Source: Haloferax volcanii DS2
GTDB taxonomy: Archaea; Halobacteriota; Halobacteria; Halobacteriales; Haloferacaceae
Assembly: GCF_000025685.1 (NCBI RefSeq)
Contig: NC_013967.1
Span: 1,620,001-1,652,000, forward strand
DNA length: 32,000 bases
Reading direction: 5' to 3'
The notes under the pieces were generated by a model. That model made no database searches. It was not told the origin of the DNA and saw only the letters and a program-made list of their open reading frames with translations. Numbering within the stretch: position 1 is the first letter of the stretch; every line of letters begins with the position of its first letter. The position numbers and the translations under genes are program-made. Below, in pieces: positions 28,318-32,000 of this stretch.

Positions 28318-29674
28318 GTTCTGTGACCGAGCGGTTGGACTGGCGGTTTCGACGACAGAATCATGGACGGATCGGCGGAGAGCCGTCGCTGTCGGCGGCG
28401 GCTGCCGCCGACGCGACAGCGTCGCCACTCCCACCGTTGGCTAGCCCGGTCGGGAGTTACCGGTGGAACCGGTCGTCCGGTGGCCGGTTCGCGGGGACGG
28501 CCCGACGCGTCGCGAGGGCCGTCCACGCTGCCCGTCGGATCATGTTGATGAACTCCTTGAATGGCCACTGCCAGAGGCGACGCCCGCCTCGGCGGGGCGT
28601 CGCCACGTACTCCCAGTGCAGATACCGCCACACGTTCTGTAACAGCAAGCTCACCACGACGTACAGCAGCCGTACAACCGGATTTTGTGTCGAGGTCGTC
28701 GCAATCGTTTGCTCGGAGAGTCGGTAGCTCGCCTCGATACCGAAGCGTTTCGCGTAGTGGTATCGAGCGTCTCGTGGTGAGTCGATGAACGGCGCGTCAG
28801 CGGCGTAGCCGTGACGCGCCACGCCATGTTCGTCGTACCGTCCGTTCTGGTAGGTACAGTCGATGTAGACGGGAAACTCGACGGTCCAGCTGTGACCGTC
28901 GAGTTTCGCTGTCAGACTGTGCTGAATCACGCGACTCCACCCTTCCGAGAGTTCTCGCTTGATCGCCCGTCCCCAGCGGACGATCGGCATGACGTAGGCG
29001 TGGTTGTGCGCCTGAAGCAGCGTCAAACACTTGCTGTCGTAGAATTCGCGGTCAAGATAGACGGCCTTGACACCGAGGTCAAGGCCGTCGAGAATACCGA
29101 GGAACTCTGCGAGGACACTGCTGGCGGTGTCGCCGTCTTCGAGACGGCGCACCGCCAGCGTGTAGCGTTTGTTCTTCACGCGTGCGTACAGTGTCGCGTA
29201 CGCGTGGAACGCGGTGGTTCCACGCTTCGCTTGTGAGTGATACAGGCCGTCTGTATCGTCTTCGTCGCCGTAGTAGGGCCGCAGGTGGAGGTCTGCGCAG
29301 ACCTCCACCTGCTGGGGAAGGACGTTGAGAATGTCCTTCTGGAGGAGCGTGTTTCCAACCTGTTCGAGCGTCTCAAGGTCAAATTTGGTGCGGAGATGGT
29401 AGAGAACCGAATTTTCGTGTGGTGCATCTTTGCTTCTCTCACAGAGCGTTGAGACCGAGGTCCCGTCGGCGCAGGCGCCGACGAGGACCTCGTAGATGTC
29501 TTCAGCATCGAGTTCAGCGTTTTCAGCGAGTGAGAGAGCAACTTCCTCGTCAAGAGAGTTGACGAGGAAGTTAAGGAGCTGGTCCTCGTGGATTTCATCG
29601 TCTGCTTGCTGTGGTTGCTTGGACACATCTTCAGCAAGCAGACGTCTCAACTAACAGGCTTTGTGATGTACTGA
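28272..29674 (-). mobile_element. ISH3-type (IS4-superfamily) insertion sequence, about 1.40 kb
   Basis: Terminal inverted repeats TCAGTACtTCACAAAGCgT (28272-28290) and the reverse complement of 29656-29674, TCAGTACaTCACAAAGCcT (17/19 identical), flank a single DDE transposase ORF. GC is lower than in neighbouring genes. The exact ends are ambiguous by a few nt (see findings). Confidence 0.8.
28457..29650 (-). CDS. DDE transposase, ISH3/IS4-like
   Basis: 397 aa. Acidic catalytic contexts (YYGDEDD, VYLDREFYD) and a Y-x2-R-x3-E signature (YAKRFGIE). There is no in-frame ATG near the 5' end, so the start is TTG 29650 or GTG 29626. Confidence 0.85.
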   Translation of the reverse strand: MRRLLAEDVSKQPQQADDEIHEDQLLNFLVNSLDEEVALSLAENAELDAEDIYEVLVGACADGTSVSTLCERSKDAPHENSVLYHLRTKFDLETLEQVGNTLLQKDILNVLPQQVEVCADLHLRPYYGDEDDTDGLYHSQAKRGTTAFHAYATLYARVKNKRYTLAVRRLEDGDTASSVLAEFLGILDGLDLGVKAVYLDREFYDSKCLTLLQAHNHAYVMPIVRWGRAIKRELSEGWSRVIQHSLTAKLDGHSWTVEFPVYIDCTYQNGRYDEHGVARHGYAADAPFIDSPRDARYHYAKRFGIEASYRLSEQTIATTSTQNPVVRLLYVVVSLLLQNVWRYLHWEYVATPRRGGRRLWQWPFKEFINMIRRAAWTALATRRAVPANRPPDDRFHR

Positions 29675-29676
29675 AT

Positions 29677-30921
29677 ATGGACCTGCGCGACTTCGTGGAC
29701 ACGCTGCTCCGGTTCGAGAGCGTCGCCCGGGCCGAGGCCCCGGCTCAGCAGTGGGTCAAAAACCGGCTACACGACTTCGGCTTCGACACCCACGAGTGGA
29801 CCGCCGACCCGGCGCGCCTGGCCGAACACCCGTCGTTTCCCGACGACCCCGACGACATCGACGCGGCGAACCGCCCGAGCGTCGCCGGCGTGGTCGAGTT
29901 CGGCGACCCCGACGCGGGCCGGACGCTCGTCCTCAACGGCCACGTCGACGTGGTGCCCGCCGACAGGGAACTGTGGACCCACGACCCGTTTGTACCCGAC
30001 TGGGACGACGACGCGGGCACCGTCAGCGCCCGCGGCGCGGCCGACATGAAAGCGGGACTCGCGGCGTGCGTCTTCGCCGCGCTCGACCTCCGAGACGCCG
30101 TCGAGGCGGGCCGCCTCGACCTCGACGGGAGGGTGGTCGTCGAGAGCGTCGTCGACGAGGAGGAAGGCGGCATCGGGGCCGCGGCGGCCGCGCTCGACAC
30201 CCCCTACCCGTTCGAGCGAGACGCCGCGCTCGTCGCCGAACCGACGCGGCTGAAGCCGGTCGTCGCCACCGAGGGCTCGGTGATGAAGCGGTTCCGGTTG
30301 ACCGGGCGGACGGCACACGCGGCCTCGCGGTGGCGCGGAGTGGACGTCATCGAGAAGTTCGAGGCGATTCGCAGAGCGTTCTTCGACCTCGAATCGGAGC
30401 GGACCGACGCGGTCACTCATCCGCTTTTCGACTACCCGATTCCGTGGCCCGTCTGCGTCGGCCGCGTCGAGGCCGGGTCGTGGGCGTCGAGCGTCGCGGG
30501 GACGCTCACCGCGGAGTGGCGACTCGGCGTCGCGCCGGGGGAGACGGTCGCAGCGGTCGAATCGGCGTTCGAAGAACGGCTGGCGCGCGTCGTCGCCGAC
30601 GACGAGTGGCTCTCGGCGCACCCGCCGGTGTTCGAGCGCTTTTCGGTGCAGTTCGAGCCGGCCGAAATCGACGCCGACGAACCGGTCGTGGAGTCGCTGC
30701 GGGCGGCGCTCCGGGCCGACGGCCGCGACGACGACCCGGTCGGCGCGACCTACGGCGCGGACTCCCGGCACTACGTCGAGGCGGGTATCCCGACGGTGCT
30801 GTTCGGGCCGGGCGATATCGACCAGGCGCACTTTCCGGACGAGACCGTCGAGTGGGACGAAGTCGAGGTGGCGCGCGAGGTGATTCGGGAGACGGCGACG
30901 CGGTTCCTTCAGTCGAGGTAG
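29677..30921 (+). CDS. M20-family metallopeptidase (ArgE/DapE/acetylornithine deacetylase-like)
   Basis: LVLNGHVDVVP, GAADMKAGLAA, VESVVDEEEGGIGA, and C-terminal GADSRHY ... GPGDIDQAHFPDE. The ATG lies 2 nt beyond the IS end. The ORF-track start at 29611 would lie inside the IS. Confidence 0.85.
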   Translation: MDLRDFVDTLLRFESVARAEAPAQQWVKNRLHDFGFDTHEWTADPARLAEHPSFPDDPDDIDAANRPSVAGVVEFGDPDAGRTLVLNGHVDVVPADRELWTHDPFVPDWDDDAGTVSARGAADMKAGLAACVFAALDLRDAVEAGRLDLDGRVVVESVVDEEEGGIGAAAAALDTPYPFERDAALVAEPTRLKPVVATEGSVMKRFRLTGRTAHAASRWRGVDVIEKFEAIRRAFFDLESERTDAVTHPLFDYPIPWPVCVGRVEAGSWASSVAGTLTAEWRLGVAPGETVAAVESAFEERLARVVADDEWLSAHPPVFERFSVQFEPAEIDADEPVVESLRAALRADGRDDDPVGATYGADSRHYVEAGIPTVLFGPGDIDQAHFPDETVEWDEVEVAREVIRETATRFLQSR

Positions 30922-31583
30922 TCGTCGAGCGCGTCGGCGACGACGTCGCCGGGCGGCGTGTCTTCGAGCGAGGCGCGGCGGCGGAGTTCGAGGTACACGT
31001 CGGCCGGCAGCGTCACGTCGAGCCGGCCGGTGTCGACGCCGTGGTCGGCGAGGGCGTCCACGGCCGGCGTGCCGTCGTTGACCTCGCTGGCGAGCCGGCG
31101 GACCTCGCGGACGGTCAGGCCGGCGTCGAGCGTCGCCCACGCGAGGTGGAGTCGGGCGTCGCCGGAGACGCGGGCGATGTGCTTTGCGGCCGTGGGCGCG
31201 ATGCGGCCGCGGGCGACGTGCCGGCGGACCGACTGCGGGAGGTCGTGGACGCGGGCCCACTTGCGGATGAAGGAGACGGACACGTCGCCGCCGGCGCGCT
31301 CGGCGGCGCGCTTGTACGAGCCGACGCCGCGGACGAGCGCGGCGCAGGCGGCCGCCCCGCGGAGCATGAACACGTGGTCGTCGTCGCCGGCGGTGGACTC
31401 GGAGAACGAGCGAACCGTTCTGGCGGCCTCGGCGAGGCTGTCGGGGTCGGTGGGGTCGAAGCCGACGGCCTCGCGGGCGCGGTCGCCCGTGACGGCGGGG
31501 TCGCCGCGGACGACGGGTTCACCGACCGGTTCGCGCCGGTCGGCCGGAACCTCGGTCGTTCGTCGGCGTTCGTCGTTCGTCAT
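30909..31583 (-). CDS. hypothetical protein with HTH-like segments and a ribbon-helix-helix-like C-terminus
   Basis: 224 aa, GC3-rich. SFIRKWARVHDLPQSVRRHVARGRIAPTAAKHIARV looks like a helix-turn-helix. The 3' end overlaps the M20 gene by 13 nt (convergent). No family named. Confidence 0.6.
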   Translation of the reverse strand: MTNDERRRTTEVPADRREPVGEPVVRGDPAVTGDRAREAVGFDPTDPDSLAEAARTVRSFSESTAGDDDHVFMLRGAAACAALVRGVGSYKRAAERAGGDVSVSFIRKWARVHDLPQSVRRHVARGRIAPTAAKHIARVSGDARLHLAWATLDAGLTVREVRRLASEVNDGTPAVDALADHGVDTGRLDVTLPADVYLELRRRASLEDTPPGDVVADALDDYLD

Positions 31584-31679
31584 CTACGAATCGGTAACGC
31601 GTTCGGGCTTAAAAACGTCTCCCCGAGAGGCGAGATTCGCGCCGCGGGCGGCCCGCGAGCGAAGACAGACGGCGGAGCG

Positions 31680-31850
31680 TTACTCCTCGCGGGACTCAGA
31701 GAGGTGTGACCAGATTTCGGTGCAGCCCGCGCCGTCTTCGAGGTCCTTGAGGTGGGCCGCGAGGTCTTCGTCTTCCGCCTCGGCGGACGGGTCCGCCTCG
31801 GCATCGGGGTCGCGGTCGAGTTCGGATTCGAGTTCTGCCTCGCCGGTCAT
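31680..31850 (-). CDS. small acidic protein (56 aa), hypothetical
   Basis: Not in the ORF track (below the size cutoff). My translation is MTGEAELESELDRDPDAEADPSAEAEDEDLAAHLKDLEDGAGCTEIWSHLSESREE. GC3-rich. Its ATG overlaps the TGA of a 29-aa ORF (31847..31936) in an ATGA arrangement. Confidence 0.3.
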   Translation of the reverse strand: MTGEAELESELDRDPDAEADPSAEAEDEDLAAHLKDLEDGAGCTEIWSHLSESREE

Positions 31851-32000
31851 GCGTCTCCCTCCTGGGACTGTTCGAACAGCTCTGGGGCGACGTCGGCGGA
31901 GGCGTGTTGTCGGACGGCGGTGCGGTGGTCACTCATCACCACCACGTACCGGTCGAACCCGCATAAGGGAATCCGCACCTGTAATGTGTACCCCCACTCC

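Noticed and set aside
28275-29672. GTACT at both IS borders read as a 5-bp target-site duplication.
   Set aside because: GTAC is self-complementary, so most of the match is forced by the inverted repeat itself. The reading also needs an extra T at 29667. I kept it as an alternative in the IS finding rather than asserting it.

Overview
The window looks like a high-GC (roughly 65-70%) haloarchaeal chromosome segment. Supporting signs are an acidic proteome, an Htr-type transducer, an ISH3-type IS and GC3-rich codons. I call about 36 protein-coding features and found no rRNA, tRNA or CRISPR array. From left to right: (1) A copper-resistance module: CopA P-type ATPase, an Lrp/AsnC regulator with a C-terminal TRASH metal-sensing domain, and a CopZ-like HMA chaperone. 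Its two promoter regions share a near-identical palindrome. (2) A GNAT acetyltransferase and a DoxX membrane protein. (3) A FAD oxidoreductase, FecCD permease and ATPase operon for iron-chelate import. It has no binding-protein gene and is preceded by two TTAGG-N4-CCTAAA palindromes; a third copy lies 6.7 kb away. (4) FKBP PPIase, a J-domain/[2Fe-2S] ferredoxin fusion, a flippase-like membrane protein and a 320-aa unknown. (5) A decayed Dpp/Opp-type peptide ABC transporter: dppB is 5'-truncated, dppC and dppD are fused by an in-frame deletion, and dppF is intact. It is translationally coupled to seven genes: a Cys-rich unknown, DUF917, a DUF1177-like protein, AroM, an M29-like aminopeptidase, a nitroreductase and an Asp/Glu/hydantoin racemase. 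This cluster of poorly characterised families is my best candidate for an undescribed metabolic system. (6) KatG, convergent with a six-TM Htr8-like chemotaxis transducer. (7) A lower-GC islet with a structured non-coding element, a wHTH gene and a truncated small gene, cut by an ISH3-type IS. The IS flanks do not match, and it ends 2 nt before the start codon of an M20 peptidase. (8) An HTH-like protein and tiny acidic ORFs. All family assignments come from motif recognition by eye; no searches were run.
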